Positions 13,075-27,535 are shown, counted from the first letter of the whole stretch. The stretch is DNA of 63,824 nt, filler included, from Choristocarpus tenellus KU-1152 (GCA_964200185.2; 15 parts of 15 records of this genome joined end to end with filler, not necessarily neighbours in it); one strand, 5' to 3'. The notes: generated by a model not told the origin, from the sequence alone. Program-made: numbers and translations.

Positions 13075-14080
13075 CTCATTGGGCGAAGGATCATCCCAGA
13101 GTGCAGCCCACTCTTCTGCTGGCCCCTCCTTCCCCTCCAGCGGAAGGGCCCGGTGCTGGTAACTGCCAGTCCTCCACACAAAGCCATCTAGCGCCCGCAA
13201 CACAGCTGTCGAATGCACTTCCTCCGCCCAAACATGAAGGTCAATGGAAACATCCTGTTCATTGAAACATGTCACGACAGTGATGGTTGACAGTTGACGA
13301 AGGATAGGAGTTAGGGTTAGGGTTAGGTTGGGAGCAAGGGTTTTGTATGTGGAGGGAAGTAAAATGATGCAAAGGTTTCAACGGTAGCCAGTTACCGTTC
13401 CCCAACTTTGCAGGCAGAAGGTCAACAGTGAGATCAGAGCACCGATGCCAAGGAGTGGTGCCTTGCCTACTGTGGATTGCAAGTGTAATGAGAGATAGTG
13501 ATCTAGCGACATTTCAACTATGGACACTGTTGGAAAGATGTATGGTTTTGCGCTATTGTGTGAGTCTGCTCTGCAGGTACTTGATTACAGAAGCAGCAGC
13601 TTGGTCACTGTCTCCATAAGAAGTGCAGGAAGATTCACCACTGTAGGTTGAGAAGATTCTAACACGCTTTTAGTTTGCAAATGTGCACGTAGGTCATACC
13701 AGGACCACTAACGCGACACAGTAACCTCAATGACCAAGAGTTACATCCAAGAGGTCAAAGACTACCTTCGTGGCATCTTTCAAAATTCTCACCATGGGCA
13801 AAACGTTCCTGCCTGTGAAGTGCACAACAAACTCTTCCAAACCCTCCCAATGAAATGCTATCCGTGTTGGGTGCGATATCATAAAAATCTACTATTACAC
13901 ACAGCAAGTGAATAACGTCCTCAGGAAGCCTACCTCAGGATAGCAGGCACGACTCAGGGAATGCAGCACATCCTGCAGTCCCTCAGTGCTCCCCCGCGCT
14001 ACGACATGCACCGACAGATCAATTTCCTGCGGTATTTCCCTCCATCCAGTCTGGGGCATTGAGGCGCAACTGGGTTGCTC
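13075..14080 (-). CDS. Putative glycosyltransferase (GT-A/GT2-like) fragment; exons 14080-13934 and 13254-13075
   Basis: Phase-0 GT-AG join gives ...DLSVHVVARGSTEGLQDVLHSLSRACYPE|DVSIDLHVWAEE...FVWRTG...EEWAALW, recalling the SL..A.Y...V.LHV...W..G...W...W pattern of uncharacterised plant/algal GT2-like proteins. Upstream exons (14400-15045, including a hydrophobic segment) were not resolved. Confidence 0.55.
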
Positions 14081-16031
14081 CTGAACGTACGAAAAGAAGG
14101 CAAAAAAAAAAAGTTGGATGAAGAGCACTGGACCTCTGTCTTAATATTATCAGCACTCCCCTGAAAGTTATAACCACTTGGGGTTACATAGCACAGGTTG
14201 GGATTGTTAGTCCAAACGCAACGGACGATACCTTCATGTCGACCTTGTCTTGGCCCCATGATCAAGTTTCAAGCCTATTCTTGACTTCTCCACATTATCT
14301 TGTAGGTCTACATGTCTACCACGTATCTGGAGAGAGAAAAGGCACATTATAAACAAATTCGAGACTTGCTAGTATGTTGGAGTTGCTGGGATTACATACT
14401 TGCGAAGGGGTCGAGCCCAACCATCCGACGCACAAACAAGCCGCCACACCAAGTCCCGACAGAGTCAGGACTCGCCGCCATGATTGACTCCAGTAGGCCC
14501 TCAGGGATCTGGAGTGCAGGAAATAGTTCGTAAGCCCAAAGATGTTAACCGACTTGAGTAAACGCTATAAAGGTCTATTGGGTTGTTATAGGCACCTGGG
14601 CAAGCAAACTGAAGGGATGCGGTTAAAGCTAAGGACAGAATTCCGAATACTATTGACATAACGGCATTGCACAATGCCGACGCTTGCAGATTTTGTAGGG
14701 AGTCAATTGCTGTTGTAGGGGTGGAAGTGGTGGGCAAGCCAAATGCGAAGGGGCGTGATTGAAGATAAGAGTAGACGCCCTCATGCCGCTCAATCAAGGA
14801 CACAACACAGCAGCAAATCTCTAGGATCTAGAGAGTGTCTGAAACGGTTTGGCACTCAGCCTTTGAAAGAGTGGAAACGGCACTAGTTTGGGACAATGCA
14901 AAGAAGGTTCGACCTAAGAAATAGAGCCTGCCTGCAACGCTTGCGAAGTTGGCCACGGGAGAGCCTGATAGAAGATTCTTCTTCTTCTTCAGCATCAATC
15001 CGATCCGAGGGTCGGTGACCTGTCACTCGCTTTGTTGGAGGCATTGTCTCCTTTACCAGTAACAACTATAAAGGTGAAAATTTGAAGGAAGGGAGGAGGG
15101 AACACGATTCGAACTTGGAATGAGGATGAAGCCTGACCATCTTACAAGGTTATCCTATTGGTCCGCTTTGTTTGATGGTAACCCCTCACACTTTACTTGA
15201 CTTTACTATTTATAGTACCATCCGATTTTCTCTACTACAGTAAACCCCTTAACAACCACTACAATGAGCCTAAGCAATGAGGGGTAACCAGGTTTTGCCC
15301 GTTTTGTCCGTTTTCCATTTTACCAAGTATATTAATCTCTCGAATTTGTGGAAAGCATGTTTGTCTGTTATTATACCGTTATTGCCGTATGTCATATACN
15401 NNNNNNNNNNNNNNNNNNNNNNNNNNNNNNNNNNNNNNNNNNNTTAATTAATTAANNNNNNNNNNNNNNNNNNNNNNNNNNNNNNNNNNNNNNNNNNNNC
15501 AGTAAGGGGATGCCCACGTATGCCACGAACGTTCTCTTCACGTGTCCACAAGGCCCTTGCAACACCATGTACACAACCAAGATTTCCGCCCTCTCTAATC
15601 CTCAAACCGAGAGGAACTGCCCTTTTTCTAACCCTAACCCAGAAAATGGCACGCAGCACCATCTCCAGCATGGAATGGCAAACAAAGCTTTTCGGCACCG
15701 TGCCAAGTTTCAAACCCAAGTGGGCAAGGTTCACAGCCCCCCTCGAAAACCACACGAGGAGAAACGAATGCAGTCATCATTACTCCATGTTTACTTCTGA
15801 TCGCTTACACTCGTCGTGGCAGTGCGTCCTGGCTCCATCTAGCGAGGTAGGCAAGTCATAATTTCCCCACGATAATAAAACGTCGATCTCTATCGGGTAA
15901 TATGCAAGAATATCCCATAAGACTCATTCAACATTCCAAAATATCACTAAGTACTCGAAAACGGGTCAGCACTCTTAATAACTCCACGAAGTCAAATTAG
16001 AAAGATAGGGGGAAGGGCAGTCCTAGCTTAC

Positions 16032-16496
16032 CCCATCAATGGAGAACTGGGAAGGAGTCCACTGCACGAAGGGTGCAGGCGGCTTCCAAAAAAGCACCAT
16101 GTCATCTGTCTCAACAATCCCGCTTCCATCAAACACATCTATCGTCTCATCACAAAAGTCCATCTTCTTCGGGACATGCTTCTCTGTTTCTTGCCACCTT
16201 GTCGTGGGACCTTTCCTGGTATCGAATTTGAGCCCCCGAAAAAATAAATTAGGCACCCATCTCTTCCAGGTTATATTGACCTGGTGCATTCCCTCTCTGC
16301 TCGATGTCCCCTGACCTCCTGACTCAAATTCATCGCGTTGTTGCTTCAAAGGAACCTCATGTCGAGTTCTGTGCTTGTAGAACTCGTTTGCGTGAGAACG
16401 ACAGCAAAAATCATGCACATACTCATTGTTTTCTACATATACTGACTTGAAACAATCAGGTAGTCGACACAGTTGTTGATGTCCAAACGTACTCAT
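16032..16496 (-). CDS. Cys/His finger plus start of a NADAR (YbiA-like) domain; 5' exon(s) only
   Basis: MSTFGHQQLCRLPDC...HDFCCRSHA, then DDMVLFWKPPAPFVQWTPSQFSIDG|gtaagc, matching the NADAR N-terminal motif (FW...F.QW....F..DG). The remainder is not on this contig. Confidence 0.7.
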
Positions 16497-17094
16497 GGTA
16501 GAAATTATGGTTGCGCTGTTTGATTGTTGAAAGAGGTTGTGGAGGACTGTTTTTGTGATTTGTTTTTGTTTTTTTATGTTAGGTGTATATGTTTCCAGAC
16601 GCGCGAGAAGCATTCTTGCATCAGAAAAAAGCAAAAAATAATTTCAATGGTCGAAAAATAAATAAATACAAAAATAACAATATTAAACAAAACATAGGGG
16701 GGGTTCAACACCCTGCAATGCGTCTTCAAGTATAAAATTTGTGTATGTAGTATCTCTCCATTATTATAATTATCATGCATGCTGGCATTTTGTGTGTGAG
16801 GAAAAAACACTCCATCAAAACAAATCTATAAAGTCAAGAGTTTGATAGTACTAACAGAAATAGGATGCGGTGTATGTGCAATGTAAGGAACGCGATACGC
16901 ACACCACATAACAATAAGTAATTACATGTGTACTAAAAACGAGACATAGTATACACCATACATTCCTACCTACATATATGTGCATACTTCCTCCGTTCGG
17001 AATTAAATGTAACATAACTTCTACAGGGAGTATCAAGGAGTCGTATCATCATATAAAGGTAGATGTTTTGCTCAGTTAATCTTTTTTATGTTTT

Positions 17095-17358
17095 GAGTCA
17101 CAGTAAACGATAAATACCCAGAGTTGCATTCTAATCATAACGCTGGCATGTATGCCCAAAATTCGTCTTTTTTTTACAAATCTGTATACCATATCTTCTA
17201 CATTGTGTCCAATTTTTTTCAAACATCACAGAAATCAACCATCTCATGTCCAACTTAGCACTTCATCCATAGAAATATAGGTGAATCGCAAAAGATTGAA
17301 AAACTGACTTAAAATGAAAAATAGCCAAAAACTGGGTGCCTCTCGTTTACTTTGGGTC
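17095..17358 (+). mobile_element. Family-C MITE
   Basis: Termini GAGTCACAGTAAACGA / TCGTTTACTTTGGGTC; interior homologous to 7072-7356; no TSD retained. Confidence 0.65.
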
Positions 17359-19406
17359 AATATAGCAGCAAATTATACTTTTTCAAGTCCTTTTTAGAGT
17401 TGGCTCTGTTTCTGATTTAGTAAAATGTAGAAGAACAGCCCTTTTTGGATAATATATCAAAGTGTATGGAGGGTGTGTGTGGAGGTGTCAAAGAAATGAA
17501 ATCCACACTTTGCATTTTGGAGAGTGCCGAATGCACACGGGTGACCATGAATCACACTCCAAGTAACGATGGACACAGGGGTGTAAAACAAAGAAAATTA
17601 TAAAGACGCTAAAAATTTCAGAGTTAACAAACAATTAAAATTTGCAGACACCTTACACTTGTCGTACCTCCCATCTTACTCCATATGGGTAGATGACGGG
17701 CGGCTGCCCATAGTATCCTGGAGGAGGGTTCAAGCATCAATTCGGGGCCTGTGTGGATTCTGGTGATTTCCATGCCATCTGAGTGGAGGTGTCAGATGTA
17801 AGGGCAATTTTCTTCATCTCAATGCAACTTCCTTTTCCACCCCCCTGCCTGAACCAAAACCCAAGGAAACTCATCCAAAAAATGGGCATCAAAATAGGAG
17901 TATCTATCTTACAAAACACCCCATCAACCCCCGAATGGACAACATGGGCTAAACACCCACCCCCTCTAAGATACTATGGACCTGTGACCCCTTCCCGTGG
18001 TCAACCATATATCCGGGTTGGTGTCTCGACAGAGTGCCTCTCATACACTGTTGTTCAAAACCGGGAGTACAATGCCCGGCCCTCAGCACCGTGAAGAAGG
18101 GTAGTCTCCTCCAATGGGGGCACAACCTCCAACGTTGGTTCTTGGAGGATGTACTTCCTTGCCCTCTTCTCATTCTCAATCTGCCTTAAGCTGGCGTTCC
18201 TTATACTCCTTGTGTTGAGGTTGGGGTGTATCATGCTAACTCCTTCTTTTGTACCAGTTAGACGCCCTCCTCAACCTCTTTATCAAAGATGTTCGACTGC
18301 AGCCCTCATGGCAAGGATTCGTCGCTATGTCTACCCTCTTACGTAACCCACGGAGTATATGAGTCATTGTCATCGTCAGCACCTACATCATATACTGCAA
18401 GATTGAAGTTCCATAGGTACGGCATGGTGCAAAGCTGCTACAGATGATTGAGATTATTGGAATATTGCAAACCGAGATCTAGGGAGTCCTTATAATTGCT
18501 ACTACCACTTTTACTGGTTCTACTCGCATTGCTACTACTGGTACCAATTTTTCGCTCCAATCCGCACTAATAGCTGACTGTCTGTGTAGCATTTGTTGTT
18601 ATGCCCTATGTCGCATGGTCATGACGTGGATGATCACTTCCCTGTTTCCTCATAATGTACCTTTGGACCCTGTGCCACACACATGGCAGGCGAGAATCCC
18701 TCAGGGTACTAGCTTACTTCTGAAGATATCTATGTGCAAGTCGATGTTGTTGGCTTTCGAACAATATATATATATATTTTCTAGATTGTGGAAAGCACGT
18801 TTATCTGTTGTTATACCGTTATTGCCGTATGCCATATACCGTTATACCGTGGTACCGAGCGAGGTTCCCAGTCAAGAGTNNNNNNNNNNNNNNNNNNNNN
18901 NNNNNNNNNNNNNNNNNNNNNNNTTAATTAATTAANNNNNNNNNNNNNNNNNNNNNNNNNNNNNNNNNNNNNNNNNNNNATGTAAGTGCACATTTCCTGG
19001 TTATAGCCCAAATGGACATCCTGGTGTAGACCCCCTCCCCCCCCAGATGCTTTGAGTCTGAACAGAGTATTGTATAGTTTAAGAAATATACTTAGAATGC
19101 ACAAGGGCCCAACCCTGCCTACTTCTCAATTGGTTTGGCTACAACTCAATTATAATGAAGCATGCATGATGCGATCAGGGCGAGGAAAAAGGCCCCATCT
19201 ACCGGTGAGGGGCCCTGCCGGAACATTTTTTTTTTGAGGTTTTCTTCATTATTTCCATGCTCTTTTTTCCCACTACCAAACACATACTTTTAGCGCAATG
19301 TCTGAGAGACTTTCCAACCGTATATTTCGCACAAGGACTAAAGAATTGTAAAGACAATGGAATTAGATATTCTATGTCAGCATTTGTTTTATTTTACCTG
19401 TTTGCC

Positions 19407-19439
19407 TAGGTAGGTAGGTAGGTAGGTAGGTAGGTAGGT
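19407..19439. repeat. (TAGG)n microsatellite
   Basis: Directly visible. Confidence 0.95.
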
Positions 19440-19539
19440 GTGTATGTGTGTGTGGCTACACATTGCTGTTTCAGTGTTCAGGTGGTATCCTTTCTTTTGA
19501 TTCTCTGAATAGCCTACCATGCACCCACTTTCATCAATG

Positions 19540-20850
19540 TGTTGCAAAGGAAGACAGGCACCTTGACATACACTGGGTCCACCCTACTCCATTTTCATGT
19601 TACCAACTTCCCAGCTATTGAGCACTTGCGCTCTGAGTCTGCTTATTGCATAGCAGGAATGACCAAAAAGCAGTGGGCAATTTGACCAGGTGCAGAAATT
19701 TTGAAGTCTTGTCCTGCCACCAGTTGAGCAGATAGTGGTAAGCTCCGTTGTCCAGGTCAATTTTTGGGCGTTCTCCTTCAACCATCAAGGTATCAATCTC
19801 TACAGATACAACTTCCTCCATGCATTCCCTGACCATGGTGTGATCCAACACCCCAACACAACCAGGTGAACTCCTCCCACACATTGCAAGAGAAGCTCTT
19901 ACGAGCCCCCTTGTATAGTTTTACAGGACTAACCCTGCTCAAGTTGGACAGTACAGGGATGTGGGCTTGGTTCCACCCGTCCTGTGCTCCTCCTCCACAA
20001 CGCAGAACTTCCAACTCCACCTGCTCTAGACAACCTCATACTCATTTCCTGGTCTCCCATGAGGGTTCTCTGTTGTGGGGTACAGACAAGTAGTGAGAAC
20101 CTGTTTTCACTGATCTCTCTCAGCTGCCTTTTCTCACCCCCAAGAGTTCTGGACAACACTGCTCCATTACCAAACTCATATAATCAGCCGCATGTGTATA
20201 CTGACCTCAAGAGTCTTCTGTACTCCCATTATGGGCTAAAGTAACTATATTGACCTATCACCTGAGTAGAGCAAAACACAAAAATATATAGTAAAAAGAG
20301 GTGTGGGAGGATATGGGGAAGAACGGTTGAAGTTTGGAGAGGAAAGAACAGAAAGATTAAAAAAAGACAAATGATACCAAGTTGGTGATCTTCATGGTAG
20401 TATAAATCTGACAGTAATGAGGTATGAGTGATAAGATGTAAATATGTATGTATATATCTGCAACACAATGATACACATTCAATGCGTTCAGTTACTGTCA
20501 ACAGGTCATCCGGGGGGCAGGTGCTTCCTTCTACACTCCATTCCTCCCAGAAGTGCTTACAATTTACGGCTTACCTTCCTGTCCGAACTACTTCCCTCCT
20601 ACCTAAATGCCAACACATACTGTGGGTGACCCTCCATGTTCTCATGAATGAACACGGCATGTTTGAGGTACACACACTAGTCCACCATGGAATAAATGCA
20701 TCACCGATGAAATTGTACACATATCCTGCATCTCTTTGTTGAGCTCAGTTCTCAACATCCTGGACATCTCCTCGAAGTGTTCCTTCTAATGACTAACCTT
20801 TGAACACGCACCAAGAGCTGCCTGAGCTCATTTATCTATTCCCATTAAGA
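19540..20850 (-). pseudogene. Decayed hAT transposase
   Basis: C-terminal dimerisation signature across frameshifts: LLNWWQDKTSKF.HLVKL...IPA...ADSERKCSIAGKL...VDPVYVKVPVFL. The 5' boundary is approximate. Confidence 0.75.
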
Positions 20851-22554
20851 GACCAAACAATAGAGAACGAGGGTGGACCAGCTTGCATTTGAAGGATCCT
20901 GCCTACCTCTCAATTGGTTTAGCCCTAAATACTGTACCAACTGCAAGATGTATGCCATGGTGGTAAGTCCTGACACAGTTATCTCCCTCCAGCAAGCAGA
21001 CCATCTTAATCATCGATGAATCTGATTCACACTCTACCTTTAAGGCAGATCCTTTGTTAATCTAAATTTCCTTCCCATCAGCCTCACACAAAGGTACGAG
21101 AGCGTGGTTTGCAGATGGGTTGACATCATACCTGTACAGGTGGTACACACCCTTACGTCTTCAGAAGTATCTAGAAAAATATATGGCTTATTTTAGGAGT
21201 CATAGAGAGATGTTTATGGCGGTTGCTGGTGAACCCGTGTTCATCCTCTCTCCAAATATTCCAGTGAGGAAAAATATGAAAAAAGAACAAGAATATATCG
21301 TTCCAATATTTTCAGTTTCGACCATACTGTGATTGAATTGAATCAAACCTATTCAATCGCCAAGATTCACTAACCCGAAAGGGTATGCAATGATCACACA
21401 CTGTTCTACAGCAAAAGATTCAGTGTTTGAAGCGTTTGGGAGGTTACAGATGTAAAACGGAAGGCGCACAGGAGATGACTTAGCTACTGGGGCTGGATGC
21501 ACCTGCAAGGCGACATTGAAAGCTTTGGATCACAACTAGGAGATTTAGCACAAGGGCAACTTATCAACAGAGGTGGTACAAATTTTCTTATTTTCCTAAA
21601 GAATAATAATAATGGTATCTGTGAGAGAAGAATCACACTAAGGCATTAATCATAGAACCTTGTCTCAAGGAGTTAACTCACCTTTCTAACTCTGCTCCTC
21701 TATCCAGCTTGACACATAGCTTGTGACTCTGTCCCAGTGCCCTGCTGCAACAGAATAATTAAACCTCGAAAAATTCAACTATGACGAATGAATAAAAGGA
21801 TAACTTGCCATCACCAGTACTTTTATTTACTATTACTTTTTTGTACTCTTACAAAAGAAGTCTCAAGTCAACAACCTAACATCACGATCGCATGACCCTC
21901 CCTCCACTGAACAATACCCTACTTCACACAAATTTCTGGCATCAATTTCTACCAACTACATTCCACATAATATACCCACACAATAACATTTAAAAAAAAC
22001 GCAACAGGACTCAAAGTCACCAATTTCAATAAGGCTTCCTCTTTCTTCACTCCATGCACCTTGTGATAATGAAAGTATTGAATAGAGAAAATCGGTAACA
22101 ACACACATCCTTTCTGGTTGTATAAAATTTTACTCCCCATCAATCAAATAGAATGAATGATGATACCTCTGACATTTTCAAACCGATCACCTGAAGACTT
22201 TTGCCTTCATGCAAGCTCCAAAACTTTTTTTTTATCACCAGAACAAATAAACACAGCCCGCTTCACTCCACACATTAGGGTTAGGGTTATTAATGAACAC
22301 ATTGCTCCGACCAGTACCACCATAACCCTGTCCTGCATATTTTGTCAAGGTCCATCTCCTTCAAACGATAAAACATCACAGAAAAAAAAACAGAAAAACA
22401 TTGAGAATCCTCCTTCTCCCCTTGGGTGAAATCTTCATATTTCAACCATTTGACAAATTATGGCCAGAGCAAATGAACTGTTCCGATGACAGCCAACAAC
22501 AAAACCCCTCATCTCAACTCATATCCATCCTCTAACTGGACGTCCTTCCCCCTC

Positions 22555-25500
22555 TCAGGCATCAGCACCCAATCCTAGCAGGTCATGCACAAATGAAAGC
22601 TCAAAGGGGAGCATAGCCATTGGGCCGTACGGCCTCATTCCAGCTTCATTAACCTCCTCCTCATCAGCCATTATGCTCAATTTGACATTGTTCAAGAACT
22701 CTCTTCCCTGAAGGTTGGTAAGAGGCAAGAATGTTTGGACATGAGAAATTACATTGTCACAAACATATGGAAGTCATTGCTTGTGATCAACATAAAAGAC
22801 TCCTGCAAGTTAGATGTGACAAGAGGATTAAAACAAAATTCACAGCCAAAGAAACCTAGATTTTCAATCACACAATCTCCAGTAACTCAGGACAATTTAT
22901 GATCACATTCAAACTTAGTCAACCTGAAACTTGCCTCTACAGTACCCATGAGCTTGATACTCCACTTGAAGACCTCAGCAGAAGTGATAACTGGTCTCAA
23001 AGCCTGCTCAGCATCATCCTCTGCTTGTGAGACCAGAATCTGCACTGAGGAGATGAGAGCCTCCGAAATCATAGTAGACACCTATAAAAATGAAGCACAC
23101 CAATGAGGCATGATATACAGAATGCTGGATCAGGTTGTGTCAAAACAAAACAGCATTGGCTGTCACTAGATACCATCATGATATGCCACCCCTGTTGTGG
23201 CGCATCAACTATTACAGGGATAAATAGTAACAAGAAGAATCACCTACAACATGAGTCCATTCAGGCTAAAAATTGGTACCAACAGTGTCTAATTGCTCAT
23301 ACATCTTACCTCAGCAGCCAGGAAATCGGTCACTGCAGATACCCCCTTACAGGCCCTGAGCACCTGCTTCGCCTCAGTAACAATCTCCACGGCATCATAC
23401 CTCACCTGCAAGAGAGAACAATATTTTACAAAAATGACTAAATATATATAAACATGCCATCCTACCAAACATTTTGAAAAACGACCAAATTTCACAAAAA
23501 AAATAAATGATCTCTTTTATGTTCTTGTAGTCCCTCACCCTATATTTTTTTATTATCTGCCTTACCTGAGTCAGGTTGTTGTAAACCATTCCCAGAAGGC
23601 GATAATGGGCAGACTCCTCCCTTCCTGGTGGACAAACAAAGTCACCCTCATTACCTAAAACGTCCACAAGCTGCTGTTGGACTTTACTCTCTCCTTTCTC
23701 AGTGCAATACTTCTCATTAGTTTCTGTCACCATCTGCGGAAAGTCAGTACATATGCCATCTGCTCCCATTGCCTGTATAGATCGAATCAATCCATCAATC
23801 GATGCAATTAGCTAATGTTCAAAAAATATTCTTCATTTACAAAACTGGGCTAACTAACATAACAGGCATCACCACTACACGAATAGGTATTATTATTATT
23901 ATTATTATACTAAACTTAGTGCACTCTGGGAGAAAAAATGCTTTTTCACAAGATGCCCATTTGCCTTTCCAAACAAAGGTCACTGCCCAACTCTCAACCC
24001 AAATGTGTACGTCATCGCATCGCACATTTATGACAAAAAAAAATTCCTCTCACACCAACTCATTGATAAGCAAGGAACACACCCCAGTCTCACCATCACA
24101 CGCGTCATGTATGCAGAGGAGTTGACAGTCCAAACGTATATTTTCATTCCCCTGCGGTGAGTGTCTTCAACGAGCTCTCGAGTCAGGTGATCCTTTCCCA
24201 CACTTATCACGTCTACCTGTTAGAGCAAGGCAGTGTAGTAGTGGAGGGTATGCGTCGAGTGACGAGGATTGAGTTAATGAAGACACAAAAAGTGGAGGAG
24301 GATTAATAGCTGGCAGGATCCCTCACAAAAAAAGTCTAGAGTGCACAAACCTCAGGTAACACTGAACAAAACCACGCAAAGTATGCTTACCTCTAGTGCC
24401 TCGAATTCCTTTGCGAGTGTAAGAGGCACTCCATCCAGGAGAGACACAGTGCGGAGCTGCATCAGCTCGGGAATAGTGCGACGGAACGCGTTCACCTGGT
24501 GTCAAAATAGGAGGTAACTTAATTCAGATTGAAAAAATATCACAAGAAATATCAAAAGAAATACGTCAAAATCTACCCAATGAAAAAGATCTTTCTTTCT
24601 AGACATGTATATATATTTGATTTCATGTTTTCGAGTCCGCTGCATGAACTACTAAAAACCAGAATGGCGCGAAACATTTCTTGAAGTGAAAAAAACGTTG
24701 ACGTAACATGTCATGCAGGTCACCAACCTGTAGCAGATCCACCTGCCGGAAAGTGGCAACCAGTAGTCTTTCTGCTGTCCAACCCCATCTGGAGACAGCA
24801 TGTCGCAGCAGGTGCATAACTGGCCTGACAATATTAATGTGCTTCATATCCACATAAAGGTGAACTCCTGAGGACACCAGGGTCTTGTTCCTAAGCATGT
24901 CTTCAAAGGTGCATATGTCATGGTTAAGGCGGGCTCGTATTTGAGAAAGTGTCAGGTCAGCAACCCACTCCCCTGGATTGGAACAAAAAAACATAGATTG
25001 TGGTCGGGAGGGTCATTAGAGATGTCATTCCGGTCGAACTTTTTGTTTCAATCTGTATAAAAACGTAAGATTATTCAGGATCAGCAGGAAGATACTTAAT
25101 ATTTCTTCTGTCCCTACTTGCTTGACGAGCAAGCACTATAGAATGTTTAAATGAGAAATGATTTACCTGTCTCCTCGATGAGAGGATCATGGTGGCAGGC
25201 GACCACACCATCCAGGGTGGTGAGAACATCGAATTCAATCATGTCGACGCCAAGTTCGATAGCTTTCACGAAAGATGAAATGGTGTTTCCAGTCACATGC
25301 CTAACCCATACGTGTCAAGAGGTTTGGCAGTGATCGGTTGGTCAGAACTTCTTGCCTAGATCACAGGCTTGGCAATCGACTTGGAACATCTACAGAATAT
25401 TGGGTCTTTAGAAGGAAACAACCCACACTCCCAACAATATCCATCACAACATAAAACTTTGCATTTCGAGTCGTTTTCCGTTGGTTACATTCTGAGGAAA

Positions 25501-25579
25501 CTCACCCAGCAGCACCCTTGTGCCCAATGTTGAGGCACCTCTTCCTTCCTACCATGTTTTTCCCTCCAGCAAAGTTCAT
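22555..25579 (-). CDS. Glycerophosphodiester phosphodiesterase (GDPD) with C-terminal extension; exons 25579-25506, 25300-25167, 24972-24728, 24495-24391, 24216-24094, 23772-23566, 23405-23310, 23081-22935, 22707-22555
   Basis: Motifs IGHKGAAG-HVTGNTISSF, GVDMIEFDV, HHD, VDMK, IYVWTVN, MGADGICTDFP. All junctions are phase-consistent, the last needing a GC donor. The start may lie further upstream. Confidence 0.9.
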
Positions 25580-27535
25580 AGTGGGGGTGTTGGGACTGGC
25601 AGAAAGGCTGGTGAAAGTGTTGAGCTTATCGCGTGAGGAGTGAAGATCAACAAGCAGGCGGTGTGAGACCTCCTTCACGTGCCCCTCAGATGCAAACCTG
25701 GACAGGATATGGGTGGAGGAAGACGAGATCAAAGCTAATCAATCCGATAGTCTTGTACCCATAAAACAAAGAGACGTCGACGTTCTGGATCCTTTCACAC
25801 ATTCCTCTGATATGAAGCAGATTGAAATGACCAATAGATGGAAATATGCGAGGAGGTAACGTTCAGGAAAGCCATTTGTACCTTAGTAATAGGGTAGGAG
25901 CTTCCCAACGTGTCACCATCACACTTACATAGGTGTTGCCGATTTTGATATTTTCCTCCACTCGAAGAGATCCCTTGTTCGTAGGAACAACAGCACCGAA
26001 GAGAGCATGTCTTCAGGGAGGGGTAAAACTTTCTGTTTCTGTTCCACATGAGTAGATTGTTCACCGATAATTGCGTCCATTGTGATACTTGCGATGTAGA
26101 ACTTTGACCAGATCCTCTAGTGTGATCAGGAACACATGGGTTGCAAAAGCTCTATTCCAAATATTAGTTCACTTTCGCAGGTCACAAACAAACATGGTTG
26201 TTGGTTAGTCGACGGAGGGGTTAGGAGTAAGCCTAGGAACGGCCGCTCACGTTGTTCGGACTTCTTAACCAAATTAGGTGGTGATGACATAACCAAAAAA
26301 AAATACATTGTTTTTCTTATCTCTATCCTCTATCAACTTGAATGTTGAATATTCGATGCAATTATTTTTCCTTGTTAATTTTGTATTTTGCTGAACGAAG
26401 ATTCCAACTATCCCCACATTGTTACTTCCTCACTTCTTTCTACATTACCTACCATGCCTGTATTTTGTTTTTTTCAGACGTACGTTACAATGGACCTAGG
26501 ATCCCCCTCACACAAATGTGTTGGTAATAATAAGGTACTAAGATGGATATGGACTTCAAACTTCATCTATGACAATGAACAATGCACACAAAAATGTGTA
26601 GGGTAAATTGTGCGTGTATCAGTTTTCACGCGTTTTTTTTGTGTGTGGATAGATAAAGAAGGGATGTAAGAAAAATATGAGGACAATACTTTGTACAACA
26701 GGTAGGGATATACTATTCCATAGTGGTTTCTTGCCAAATGCACCGTTGACTCGTGTCAAAACCCAAACCAGATGATTTCCAGGAAGAAACAAATATGGCG
26801 TTGAGTTTGTGACGGGATTGTGGAACCCACCAAATAAATCCATAAACAGGGAAGGTGTAGACTACTTGTTCAGTGGTCGTTGAGTTGAGAATGTATCACA
26901 AGAAATAAATAAATGGAATATTTGATATCAACGATAAGTTATGATTGTAATATGGATAATAGTTGTGATAGCACGTGAAAAAAAATAAGGCACCATCGAA
27001 AAAAAGCTTGGACTTGTTGAGGGGAAAGTTTATGAAGTAATTAGAGTTTCCCAGAATCGAGTCTGGTACGAATGTGGTAGAGGGAAGGGAAAGGTGAGAG
27101 AAAGGAAAAAGAAACAGTAAAGGGGTGAACGAAGAGTGAAGTACTGAGTGATTAGGAGATAGAAGAGGTAGGAGAGAAGTTAAAGAAGTGGGTGATAGGT
27201 GGAGGCACAAGATAAGAAGGAATGGTCAGAATTTTTTTTAAAAAATAGGCCTGGTGGTACAGGACGAGGAGGGATAGAACAAGACAACCTCCGAGCAAGC
27301 TCTCCCACCCACCCACCCTGTCGCTTGCTCACGACCAATGGGGATGCTGGGTAAAGGGGGGGGAGATCAAGTTTGGGCAAGATAGATGTCTTCTAGTTCA
27401 AAGGCACGGTATGAAGTGGATGATGAAGGGGTATTGTTGGATGATTGTGGAGTGATGTTGAATGGTGTGGTGGAGTGTTAAGTGGTGTGGGGTCGAGTGG
27501 AATGATAAGTGGTGTAGGGTTGAGGGGAGAGGTAA

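Noticed and set aside
15644-15846. Possible plus-strand exon next to the NADAR gene, considered as a toxin/ART partner
   Set aside because: It has AG/GT boundaries but no recognisable ART motif in any frame; no support for a partner role.
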